64,000 nt of DNA. Source: a virus. The DNA is taken from positions 25,659 through 89,658 of IMG/VR virus record IMGVR_UViG_3300031957_002938; one strand, 5' to 3'. The notes under the pieces are model-generated. The model saw nothing but the letters and a program-made list of their open reading frames with translations, did no database searches and had not been told where the DNA came from. This document shows positions 35,253-46,000 of this stretch, piece by piece. The number at the start of each line of letters is the position of its first letter. The first letter of the stretch is position 1. The position numbers were made by a program, and so were the translations under genes.

Positions 35253-37406
35253 ATGGCGGCAGAAGGAAAAAACAAAGTAGCAAGTAGTCTATTAGACCTA
35301 CAACCGACCGCCATACTAGAATTATTTAGGGTTTTCCCCGACAGAATTAACAAACCCACTTTGTTTTTAGGGTTTCACGGAGGTGCTGTTTATGAAAAAT
35401 CAATTGTTTGGCAAGGAGTAGAATATTTGCCGTTAGCTGTAGAAACAGAAGGCTTTGATATATTGGGAGATGGTAAGCTAGCTAGACCAAAAATAAGAGT
35501 AGCCAATCAAAACAATATCATCACTAATTTCCTACAAAATTATAAGGATTTTAAGAATGCTAAGATAGTTAGAAAGAGAGTATCTGTAAAATTTATAGAC
35601 GATGTGAACTTTGAAGGAGGAAACCCTTTCGGTTCAGCAGATCCTAAAGCAGAACTAACGGATGAAACATGGTTAATGGGCAGAAAAACCCAAGAATCAA
35701 AGATATTTGTTGAGTTTGAATTAAATTCTCCATTAGATTTAGAAAATTTTTCAGTCAACAATAGAAATATCGTATCTAAGTTCTGTTACTGGCAATATAG
35801 AGGGGAAGGATGTAGATATGCTGGAATCCCTATAGAAAGAGCTGATGGAGATAAATTTCTAGATCCCACTGGGGGACCAGTCGTTCCTAAATATAGGCCA
35901 GAAGGGAATGCAAATCCTGCCGCTGCTGCATCTCCAACATATTTTTTAGCTGATCGAAATGCGATATGGAACCCCACAAAAGAATATATAAAAGGAGATA
36001 TAGCTGTCACTGAAAGCCCGACAATTCTTTTACCTAGCCCGAATCCTAATGAAGATGGCAAACCTTTAAAAACAGTTTTTGTTTGTGTCTCTGGTAACAG
36101 CGGTCAATCCCCAGAAGGTAATCCTACATATTGGCAAAGAGATGGTTGCACTAAAAAATTATCAGCCTGTCGCAAAAGATTTAATGATATCGATTTAGTG
36201 AGTTTTATATCTGCACAAAATATACAAAGTGGTTTCAGTGGAATCAGAATATCAGGCTCATCGAGTGAAAATAATCACTTAATCCCAAATCACACAGGGT
36301 TATTTCATTCTACAGAACAAGGATTAACTGGCCATTTCACAGGAGCATGGACAATTATGGGATGGGTAAATATTAATACAAACAGCCCTGTAGGGGCTGG
36401 GGTCTTAAGCACCACACCTAGAGATGATCAGAATTGGCCGAATATGCAATTCTTAAACATCAATGCTAATACAACCACACAAACACAAGATGGTAGTAGC
36501 TCAAGAAAAATAAGAGGTAACAAAACGAACACAATTGCCGCTAACTATTTAGGCTATAAAATTAATAGTACAAGCACAAATGCCGACAAGAACGCTTTTA
36601 GAAATGTTTCCCTCCACGAAGAACAAAACGGCGGGGATTCAAGAGAATGGGTCCAATATGTAATCACTAACAGCACAGGAACAGCTAATTTTATTAATGG
36701 TGAGGGCGCAGAACAAGATACAATTATAAAATTCTTTGTAAATGGTGTCAGTAAATCTGCTGATAATACTACTAGGTTTGCTAGACATGGACTGGATCGG
36801 GAAAACCAATTATTATCACAGAATCTTGGAAACTTCGGCAGTTTAGCGGAGAGACTAGCAACAACCAGTTTAGCTCACCAGCCTGTCGCCGCGCCAGCAT
36901 TACCTCAAACATTTATGTTGGGAGCTGTGGAATATTACCCAGGAAGGATAGGTTATGATACCAGATTCGGAGGCGTTACAACCCCTTACACGACTTCTAT
37001 GAACGGATGCCTTGGACCGTGGGCTGTTTGGAATAGAGCTATTAATCAAGAAGAGATCGGTTTTCTATATAAAAGCATAAGAACTCCAAATGGAGTTACA
37101 AACTCTTTAGATTTTGTCCCAAGAGATTATTATGAATGCACAGGGACATACAGCGGTGTGACTGGAGATGGATTAATCGCTTGGTGGGATGGGTCTACAG
37201 GTAATATGAGTATCGGTAACGGGATGGTAGATATACATACTGTCGGGCCTTATCATTTAACAGGTAGTGGAGAATTCGAAGCTATTGAAGAAAGCTACCA
37301 AGAAGCCCCACAAACACTTTTACCAAACCCGACACCTAAATTTCCAAGATTTGGTGGATTCCCAGGAACTGACGGATTTAGCTATGGCAGAAACGCACAA
37401 ATGTAA
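35253..37406 (+). CDS. Lambda gpL-like minor tail tip protein with inserted LamG-like domain
   Basis: ILELF, WQG.EY.P, ARPKI, KF.D..NF, FELNSPLD, CYWQYRGEGC...GCTKKLSACRKRF, C-terminal FGGFPG. Confidence 0.85.
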   Translation: MAAEGKNKVASSLLDLQPTAILELFRVFPDRINKPTLFLGFHGGAVYEKSIVWQGVEYLPLAVETEGFDILGDGKLARPKIRVANQNNIITNFLQNYKDFKNAKIVRKRVSVKFIDDVNFEGGNPFGSADPKAELTDETWLMGRKTQESKIFVEFELNSPLDLENFSVNNRNIVSKFCYWQYRGEGCRYAGIPIERADGDKFLDPTGGPVVPKYRPEGNANPAAAASPTYFLADRNAIWNPTKEYIKGDIAVTESPTILLPSPNPNEDGKPLKTVFVCVSGNSGQSPEGNPTYWQRDGCTKKLSACRKRFNDIDLVSFISAQNIQSGFSGIRISGSSSENNHLIPNHTGLFHSTEQGLTGHFTGAWTIMGWVNINTNSPVGAGVLSTTPRDDQNWPNMQFLNINANTTTQTQDGSSSRKIRGNKTNTIAANYLGYKINSTSTNADKNAFRNVSLHEEQNGGDSREWVQYVITNSTGTANFINGEGAEQDTIIKFFVNGVSKSADNTTRFARHGLDRENQLLSQNLGNFGSLAERLATTSLAHQPVAAPALPQTFMLGAVEYYPGRIGYDTRFGGVTTPYTTSMNGCLGPWAVWNRAINQEEIGFLYKSIRTPNGVTNSLDFVPRDYYECTGTYSGVTGDGLIAWWDGSTGNMSIGNGMVDIHTVGPYHLTGSGEFEAIEESYQEAPQTLLPNPTPKFPRFGGFPGTDGFSYGRNAQM

Positions 37407-37791
37407 AGGAGAAGTTTCAGCTCTCCATAAGATAAAAGAAATAGCTCACAAGTATTTTACGAAGGAGATATGTGGTTTTCTTGGGTATGATCATGAAAAT
37501 AAAGAATTTATTGTGCAATTAGAAGACAATGTTTCTGAAGACCCTAGATCATATTTTTTAATAAATCCTCTAAGTTATTTATTGTTTAAAGATTCCTACG
37601 ATATGGTAGCCGTTTTCCACAGTCATTTGATAGGAGATGAAACAGAATCTGAATTTGATATCAAAATGTCTGACAATTGCTGCCAACCATTTTTGATTTA
37701 TAGTTTAAATACAAAAAAAATAAATATTTATACGCCCAAAACCATAGAAGCTGATGTAAATATACTAGAAAGGATTAAGGCAGTAGCATGA
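37384..37791 (+). CDS. gpK-like JAB/MPN-domain tail assembly protein
   Basis: EICG...VFHSH....ESEFD JAMM motif; start MAETH. Confidence 0.8.
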   Translation: MAETHKCKGEVSALHKIKEIAHKYFTKEICGFLGYDHENKEFIVQLEDNVSEDPRSYFLINPLSYLLFKDSYDMVAVFHSHLIGDETESEFDIKMSDNCCQPFLIYSLNTKKINIYTPKTIEADVNILERIKAVA

Positions 37792-38393
37792 CACAAGTAT
37801 ACATACATGGAATTTTGGCTCGGGAATACGGCGATAATTTTAAATTGAGCCTACCAAACCCAAAAGATGTCTTAGAGGCTATAGATTGTAATAGGATTGG
37901 TTTTATTCAAAGGTTAGTGGAATTACAAAAACAAGGATTTTGCTACGATATTATAATAGACAAAAAAAGAGTCACCCAAGAAGAACATATGACAGGGGTC
38001 AAAAACCCTAAAACTATAGATTTAGTTCCAGCTATCACAGGAGCAGGACCATTCGCGGGTGTTTTTCTTTTTTTAGGCTCGGGAACCCTTTTAGCTAACA
38101 TAGCCGTTTCACTTATATTCGCTGCGATTTCTTACGCTTTAACACCTAAACCAGAAGTAGAAGCTTTGGAGATCGAGGCAGATGCATCTAAATCTTCCCT
38201 TATATTCAGTAATACAGTCAATGTAGCTAGCCAAGGTTCCCCAGTCCCGATTGGATATGGTAGATTAAAGGTAGGTTCACAAGTGATACAAGCCACAATT
38301 AAATCATTTCCTCAACATCAAGCGCCACAAGAATCTTTAGGGGGGAGTAGAAATAACCCCGTTTTTGTAGGTAATAGGGTAAGTCCAATATAA
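37788..38393 (+). CDS. gpI-like (ubiquitin-like) tail assembly protein
   Basis: VYIHG.L...G, IDLVPAITGAG, SQGSPVPIGYGRLKVGS. Confidence 0.85.
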   Translation: MTQVYIHGILAREYGDNFKLSLPNPKDVLEAIDCNRIGFIQRLVELQKQGFCYDIIIDKKRVTQEEHMTGVKNPKTIDLVPAITGAGPFAGVFLFLGSGTLLANIAVSLIFAAISYALTPKPEVEALEIEADASKSSLIFSNTVNVASQGSPVPIGYGRLKVGSQVIQATIKSFPQHQAPQESLGGSRNNPVFVGNRVSPI

Positions 38394-41300
38394 TGAAACA
38401 CTTACTCAAAAAACTTAGTATTGCTGGCGGTGGAAGTCGTAAAAAACCTAAACCGCCTATTTATAAACCTCCTGTAATGGGGGAGCTGCAATATGGAGCT
38501 TCATTTAGTTATGCAGAAACTTTAGATTTAATTAGTGATGGACCCATCGAGGGGTTGGTAAATGCCAATGGAAAAACTGTAGATGGATTAGAGATGCTAC
38601 AAGGTATTTATTTAGATGATACCGCTGTAGCAGTAACTACAGATTCTGATACAACTGGAGATGAATTAACTACTTTAGAAACAGAAACTATAGAAACTCT
38701 TAATATGGAGTTGGATAGTACTAAAGGGATTGCATTTTGTAGTGAGTTTTTTCAAGAGTTAAAAGAATCTTCTAATCGTAGCTCTGATGGAAGAATAACA
38801 GCTCTTAATTCCAATACCGCTGGAGGAATTGATTCTGATGAAGGATCTTCTAATTCAGATGTGGCTATGGTTTATTTAAGGGAAACTAAAACCTTATTTA
38901 ACTCATTAAGAAACTCGGTAACAGAACCACTATTGCCAGCAGCTATATCAGATTTCGCTGCCTACATTAGAGGCTTCGTAAAATACAGGGGTAGTGCTGG
39001 AGCACAAACTTTCCAATGGTATTTAAATGGAGAAAGACAAACTGGTTACAGTGATTCTAATGCAGCATTTAGAGACGATAGTAGAGCTAAAGGAACATTA
39101 GGTAGCCTCTTATGGGCAGATACAGTTTTAGCATCATCTAAATTTGTTTTTTCTTTTCAACCTAATTTAAGGTTTGTCGAAATAAGCCGAGGAAGAAGAA
39201 TCCCTTTCCGTGGGGCGTTTCATAGTAACAGCGAAGGCGTATTTGATCAAAACGAACAAAGGATTAATGAAGTAGTTTATGATGAACTAAACACTATTTA
39301 CGGTTTGTTCGCTAATAATAACCAACAAGGAGGGAATAGACTTCAAAAAGAATTAGCTCTAAGAGCTTTAAACCGTTTAAATTTCACCGAAGATAATGTA
39401 AATAATTTAATATTTAATTATTTAAATCCAGAAGAATACGGCGGGGTTATTATAGTCAAAGTAGAAGACTCAAATAGTAATTTAAATAAATCAATTTTAG
39501 ATGGGAATCAGTTATTTAATATGACTACTTTCCCAGTCGGATCACAAAGCAATTTTAATTTAATCGCAGTCATGCAGAATGCTGGCATGAGAGTTACGGA
39601 TGTTACATGTCCCGAAATTAATTCTGATGGAACTCTGACAGGAAAAATGCATGGGTTTTTGATTTTTGAATTTCCAATTGAAAATGATTCTGTAGAAACT
39701 TTTGCTCCCACAAACATAGATAACACTCTTTTTAAATATGGCGAGGCTCATACTTACAAAATACCCCGAGAGGTTATTGTGGCATTAAGCGATTTGAATT
39801 CTTTCAAATATGCTAAAACTCTGGAGATAACTGAAGATCTTATACAAACAGATTCTACTGTAAATAATTTCAATACAACTAATTTAAAATACAATTATAG
39901 TAATGTCTTAGCCGAGTTTAAAAAAGGAGAAGAGACACAAGACGCATTTACATATTTCAGCAAAGTTTTTATCGATCACCTATATGATAGAGAGCTTTTC
40001 GGACCTTTCGGAACTGCAAGAGCCGAGGGAAATTCAAACACAGAGGCAGATCAAGTCAATACCCCTCAAAGGATTATTACTAATGTCTCAATGTTAACTA
40101 GAGACAGAGTTTTAGGTGAAAGCGCGACTAATTATAATACAGATCTAGTAAATGGTTTACCTTTAAACGAGGGTAGTGATGACGAAAGAAGAGACGCTCG
40201 AAACATACAAAGGAATTATTCAAATTGGGGAGAGAATTCATTCGCAAATTTTGATGAACAAGAAATACCTGTTGTTCATACAGTATATAATCCTAACGTA
40301 GACGAGGCTTTTGTCACTATAGATATATCAGCTTTAAAAGATACCTTAATCAAAGATGTAGATGATGTCAGGACGGGGAGAGGAAAAGATAATAAAGATT
40401 TATCCATAGGCACTTCATTCCCCACTGTTCTAAACATAAAAGTAGAAACAGGAACAATACTTGAAAACGAAGGTCTACAAAAACATAAAGAATATATCTA
40501 TCGTATAGTAGCTCTTATAGAAGGGAATACCTTAATTGATATAGGAAACCCTGATTATAAAGCTGCAACTGGTAGAGAATTTGTAGTTCAACTCAATGGC
40601 GCAGATGATCACTTAAATTATTTGTCTAGACCTTTCGAATTACCTGAATCTAAAAGTAAAAATAAATTAGTCTTAAGTGCTGATGGTGAAGTAGGTATAG
40701 AAGCGGGAACTTTAGATCAAGATAGTACTCAAAAGAGATATGTAAAAGTTAGTAAACTTTCTTACGAAACAAACTCTGCTCTGTTAGCTAAATCAGTTAA
40801 TGTAAGAAAAGTAACAGAAATAATTAAAGTTAATCTTCCTTATCCTTATTCCGCTATAGTAGGAACCAAATTAGATTCAAGAGCCTTTGGAAGTATCCCG
40901 AGAAGGAGTTTCGACTGTAAATTAAAAAAAGTAAAAGTCCCGAGTAATTACTTCCCTACTAAAAATGGAAGAGATAAAAGATATTACAATAATCAAGAAC
41001 TTTTTGATAACACAAGTAAGAGAGATAAACTAATTTACAAAGGCGATTGGGATGGATCTTTTAGAGACGAATTAATATGGACAGACAATCCTGCGTGGAT
41101 TTTATATGATTTGCTGACTAGCTCTAGATATGGGATGGGTTCTCATATAAATAGTGACACCATTAATAAATGGCAGTTATATAAAATAGGAAGATTTTGC
41201 GATGCTGTAGACGAGCAAGGATATTTTGAAGGAGTAACTGATGGAAGAGGAGGTAAAGAGCCTCGATATTCTTGCAATATTGTATTTGACCAAGGACAAA

Positions 41301-43042
41301 AGATTTTCGATGCGATAAACACCATCGCAGCTTTATTCAGAGGAAGAACATTCTTTAGTAATTCTGAAATTAATTTTGTAGACGATAGGCCGCGAACAGC
41401 AGTAAATTTATTCACAAACGAAAGTGTTAAAGATGGTCTTTTCTTCTACTCAAACAATAGGAGAGATGAGCAATTTAACTGTATAGAAGTCGGATATAGA
41501 GATAGATTCGATAATTTTTCTCCTAAAATTGAGGTAGTAGAAGACGAGGAAGACATTAAAGAGCGTGGTATTTTTAAGAAAAAAATAGAAGGTATAGGCA
41601 TCACTTCTAGAGCGATGGCTCGTAGAACTGCACAACACCAAATTTTCTCTAAGTTAAAAGAGAATCAACAAGTTGCATTTACCGCAGGACTAGAAAGTCT
41701 ATTATGCAAACCTGGAGATCTTGTTATAGTAGAAGATGAATTAAAAACTAATGTAGCAAATTTTGGAAAAGTATTAGCTGTAGACTTAGAGGCAGAAACC
41801 ATTAGATTAACAAACCAATTTAACTCCTCGTCTATGAATGGAGTGTTAAGCGTCTACAATCCTACAGGTTCTGATTCTTACGAAGAATTAAATTTAATAG
41901 CTAATTCTAGGAGACAAAGGTATGACAACTTTACAGTAACAGGTATAGATAGTGATAGTTGGTCAAGATACACAGGAGAATATGTTTTTTCTGGTTATAC
42001 TCAAGGATATCCTGAAGCCACAGGAGCAGGAGATCCTAGATTCCAGCAATACGCAGCTTATACAGGTCTGCCCGAAAGCGGAACAATGGTTTACTTTGAT
42101 CCTGTAACAGTAGGGTGGATTTTCGCCTCTGGAACAGGAGAAGGTAATGCAAGCGCTATTGATTTAAGATCTGGTGATCTAATATCTGAATTAACTGGCG
42201 CTCAAACATTGTCTGATTTTAATACTGGTAAAATAGCCGTGTATAATATGCCAGCTAGGACAAGAGGGGCATCTACCGTTTTTAGCGGTATAACTTCTTT
42301 TGAAGTTCCGACAAGGGGCATAACTGAATCTGAACTTTCTGTAGCGAATCCAAATCAAATATCTATTTTAAGTGTTACGGGATCTGTTATAGACCAAGAT
42401 TATGGATCGATAGTTTCTGGTTTCAGTAATCCAAGCATATTACCTTTTGTCAAATTGGGTAGCCCTGCAAAATTTGAGAGAGCAAAAGCTAGCCCATTTT
42501 TCTATAAAGTTATTTCTATGCAGGAACAAGCCACTAACGAATATTTAGTCACTGCTACAAAATACGATACGGGCAAGTTTAATTTAATTGATAAAAATAT
42601 AAGTATCGAAGAAAAAGTAGACACTTTTAGTTATCAAGTAGCTCAAACAATAAATGGAGTCACATATAAAACATTAGATGCTCCCGTTCTTGACAATGTT
42701 ACGACAGGAGTTCCTAACGCTTCAGATGGAACCTTCACTATCACAGGAATGTGGACTGGGATCACTCCAGTTAGCGATATCACAGGATACAATATGGTTT
42801 TAGATTTGCCTAATGGACAATCTGCGAGTGAATTTGTAGAAAAGACAATTACTGGAGGAGAATTTACAGGGCTTAATCAGGTGGGTGTATATAACTTTAA
42901 AGTGAATGCATTAGGAAATAAAGCTGGCAGTGCAGGTAATGCATATTTCGATTCTGACTACGCATCATCAGGTATATTTGTCCTTTATGAAGAATCTTTA
43001 ACATTTTCTAAATCATTTTTAGATAGAATAACAATCCTATAA
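38393..43042 (+). CDS. gpJ-like central tail tip/host-specificity protein
   Basis: DLISDGPIEGL, YPYSA, KVKVPSNY, WTDNPAWILYDLL...RYGMG, EPRYSCN, GITSR..ARR, C-terminal FN3-like domain. Confidence 0.9.
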   Translation: MKHLLKKLSIAGGGSRKKPKPPIYKPPVMGELQYGASFSYAETLDLISDGPIEGLVNANGKTVDGLEMLQGIYLDDTAVAVTTDSDTTGDELTTLETETIETLNMELDSTKGIAFCSEFFQELKESSNRSSDGRITALNSNTAGGIDSDEGSSNSDVAMVYLRETKTLFNSLRNSVTEPLLPAAISDFAAYIRGFVKYRGSAGAQTFQWYLNGERQTGYSDSNAAFRDDSRAKGTLGSLLWADTVLASSKFVFSFQPNLRFVEISRGRRIPFRGAFHSNSEGVFDQNEQRINEVVYDELNTIYGLFANNNQQGGNRLQKELALRALNRLNFTEDNVNNLIFNYLNPEEYGGVIIVKVEDSNSNLNKSILDGNQLFNMTTFPVGSQSNFNLIAVMQNAGMRVTDVTCPEINSDGTLTGKMHGFLIFEFPIENDSVETFAPTNIDNTLFKYGEAHTYKIPREVIVALSDLNSFKYAKTLEITEDLIQTDSTVNNFNTTNLKYNYSNVLAEFKKGEETQDAFTYFSKVFIDHLYDRELFGPFGTARAEGNSNTEADQVNTPQRIITNVSMLTRDRVLGESATNYNTDLVNGLPLNEGSDDERRDARNIQRNYSNWGENSFANFDEQEIPVVHTVYNPNVDEAFVTIDISALKDTLIKDVDDVRTGRGKDNKDLSIGTSFPTVLNIKVETGTILENEGLQKHKEYIYRIVALIEGNTLIDIGNPDYKAATGREFVVQLNGADDHLNYLSRPFELPESKSKNKLVLSADGEVGIEAGTLDQDSTQKRYVKVSKLSYETNSALLAKSVNVRKVTEIIKVNLPYPYSAIVGTKLDSRAFGSIPRRSFDCKLKKVKVPSNYFPTKNGRDKRYYNNQELFDNTSKRDKLIYKGDWDGSFRDELIWTDNPAWILYDLLTSSRYGMGSHINSDTINKWQLYKIGRFCDAVDEQGYFEGVTDGRGGKEPRYSCNIVFDQGQKIFDAINTIAALFRGRTFFSNSEINFVDDRPRTAVNLFTNESVKDGLFFYSNNRRDEQFNCIEVGYRDRFDNFSPKIEVVEDEEDIKERGIFKKKIEGIGITSRAMARRTAQHQIFSKLKENQQVAFTAGLESLLCKPGDLVIVEDELKTNVANFGKVLAVDLEAETIRLTNQFNSSSMNGVLSVYNPTGSDSYEELNLIANSRRQRYDNFTVTGIDSDSWSRYTGEYVFSGYTQGYPEATGAGDPRFQQYAAYTGLPESGTMVYFDPVTVGWIFASGTGEGNASAIDLRSGDLISELTGAQTLSDFNTGKIAVYNMPARTRGASTVFSGITSFEVPTRGITESELSVANPNQISILSVTGSVIDQDYGSIVSGFSNPSILPFVKLGSPAKFERAKASPFFYKVISMQEQATNEYLVTATKYDTGKFNLIDKNISIEEKVDTFSYQVAQTINGVTYKTLDAPVLDNVTTGVPNASDGTFTITGMWTGITPVSDITGYNMVLDLPNGQSASEFVEKTITGGEFTGLNQVGVYNFKVNALGNKAGSAGNAYFDSDYASSGIFVLYEESLTFSKSFLDRITIL

Positions 43043-46000
43043 TGAACCAAACAGGCTATACAGTATTAAAAATACCCAAGACTGGTGCAGCTTTTGCATA
43101 CGCAAAACAAGCTAGAGATTTCGCTACTGGAGCTACAGGTGCAGGGGGATATTTACATACTACTGCAACTAATGAACAATGGAGAGATGTTAGGTTTGTA
43201 AGTGCAATTTTAGAAGGGTCTAGTTCTTTACCTGTATCTATCGGAGCTTCTTATTCGGATCTTTACACTGGGGTAACCACTGTTATTGGTGGGACAACCC
43301 CTATCGGAGATTTAAGATCGGAAGATGGACCTTACGTTACTGTAGGATCTTCAAGTTTATACTATACGAAAAAAGGTCAAGAATATGGAGGAGCTTTTTA
43401 TGCTGCGTATATCGGGGGAACTAATTCATTACCAACAAAAATAGGTGTTGGAACTACGGCTGGTGATGTAACTGCAAATGGATATTTTGAAGGGTCTTTC
43501 ACGACCAACGATATTCATGAATTTCAGACATCTTTTACTGCTGACTCTACAGATTTATCAAAAATTACAACTGGAAGTGGAGTTTATACAGAAGGAGCTG
43601 ACGTAACTTTACAGTTTAATATTTTAAACAGAAATGGAGAACAATTATCTTCAGCAGCACAAATAGCTGCCGATCCATTTGTAAGTGGGCAAAAAATAAG
43701 CATTCTAAACACAGATGGAACCATAGCTTTCTCTGATTATAGAATCGGTGGAGACTCTACTTTTACTTTTTCTAGCTCACAAAACATAGATGTCTTCGGG
43801 ACTTTTACTAGAAACTTCGGAATTAGAAATCAAGTAGTAAACCAAGATGGAGGAGTCCACACTAGTGAGTTTTATTTATATGCTAACACGGCTACTTTTG
43901 ATAAAGTATTTGTTAGGTCTTCGGGGCAAACAGTTTTAAATGAAAGCTATACAAATAATAGCCCCCCAAACACTGGTAGTATACCAACCTCAAGTGAAAG
44001 AGCAAATGCGCTTAAATATTTTAACAATCAACCGATAAATGATTCGGGTGTTACTGGGTTTATTGAGTTTGATTTAGGGTTTAATGAATCACCAAACTTC
44101 ACAAGTTTAGGGGATCTTGTTGTATTTTATGGAACTAGCGGAGACTTTACGACAAATAGAAGTTCTCTAGTAGGAAACTTCCCCCTTAATTCTGTGCAAG
44201 AGGGGCAAAGAATTAGACTAACGGCCAATGATGGGATTCCAGAGGGAACAGGTCTATTTTTCAAATTAGCTGCCGATACTGAAGTAGGATTTAATGAAGA
44301 GTTATTTAATGTAGGGCCATTTACTCTCGAACCAGAAGTAGAAGGCCCAGATTTAAATCTTTATAACCAAGGAGACCAAACTCTTGTAGGAGATTTCACA
44401 ATCGAAGGAGGATTAGAAGGAGATGACGCAGACGGAGGTAATCTCAATGTTAGTGGTAATGCGTTAGGAACAGGAGAGGCAGGAAGATTAACTGGTCCGA
44501 CAGGTATCCCTTATTTACTTTCTGGAGATGCCGCAGGAACCGAATCAGATACTTTACAAACTGTAACAGCTCGCGGAAACACTACTGTAGGTCTAGACGT
44601 AAATTTCCAAGATATTCTATATGTCGATCACACTAATGACAGAGTAGGAATAGGGACAATTAGCCCACAAACGCCTTTACATGTTGAATCAGAATCCTTC
44701 TTTGATGGTAATGTAGGTATAGGGACAATTAATCCAACACAAAAATTAGATGTAAATGGAATAATAACCAGTAAAGGGTTACAGACAAATACAACTAACA
44801 CTAATTACAACCTAATCAGTAGAAACAATGCAGGTAATTCACCGCTTTATGTTCAGTCTGCTAACTCAAATACTGATCAACCAATAGCCTTCTTTAGTTA
44901 TGGTAGTGCTACAGCAAATGCGGGGACTAAAATATTAAAAGTAGGAAAAGATAAAAGTTATTTTGATAATACTAATGTTGGTATAGGATCAACAATCCCA
45001 ACAGTCGCATTAGATGTCGCAGGAGCTGGCAAATTTACAAGTCAAGTAACAATACCCGCCACCCCTTTAGCCTCAACAGATGCTGCATCAAAAGGATATG
45101 TCGATGCTCAAGTAGGTTCGGCAGATACACTACAAGAAGTGGTGGACAATGGTAATGCTACAACTACTGATATTAATTATAATGGATCGAAGATTATCTT
45201 CAATGGAGACACTGATAAATCAATTGGTTACTCTACAGATAGCCCAGAAGGTTTGCTTCTCGGAACAGATGTAAAATCAATTAAGACAGCACATAGTGAC
45301 CAATTCACTTTATTCCCAAATCAATCAGTAGCTATTGGAGCATCTGCTGAAATTATTGGAGCTTCTCCAGCTACAGGGTCAGCAGTTCTCGGAGGGACAG
45401 GAAATCGTATCAGTGGACACTTCAATACTTTGGTCGGTGGCGCTCAAAACAAAATATCTGGAGACTTATTAGGTTTTAACTTTATCGGGGGTGGTTCTGG
45501 AATTGATGTAATAGATAGCCAATATTCTTCTAGTGTAGGCGGTTACAATAATGATGTTTTAGGTTCTGACTATTCAGTAATTGCTGGAGGTCATGGAAAC
45601 AAAGCCACTGGAGTAAATGGTATATTTATAGGTGGAGGTTTTGGTAACACAGCCAAAGGGGGTAGTTCGGTTATTGTCGGAGGCCAGAGCAATACAATCC
45701 ACGGTAATAGCAACCGTAGTTTTATCGGAGCTGGAGCATCAAATGTTATAAGTGGAGAGGAAAATGTCATAGGAGGCGGTAATAATCATCTAATCGAAGG
45801 AAGTCGCTCTGTTATTCTTGGTGGTGACTTTAACGAAATCAAAGCCGATGACGGTGTAGTCGCTGGTTCTTATTCTAAAGTCCAAGCGGGGCATGGGGGA
45901 GCTTTTGTATTTAGTGATTCTAATTCCACGCCAACATTATCCACTGGTGCGAATGCAATGGTATTAAATTTCGCTGGTGGCGTTCATGTGCCTACCAGTG

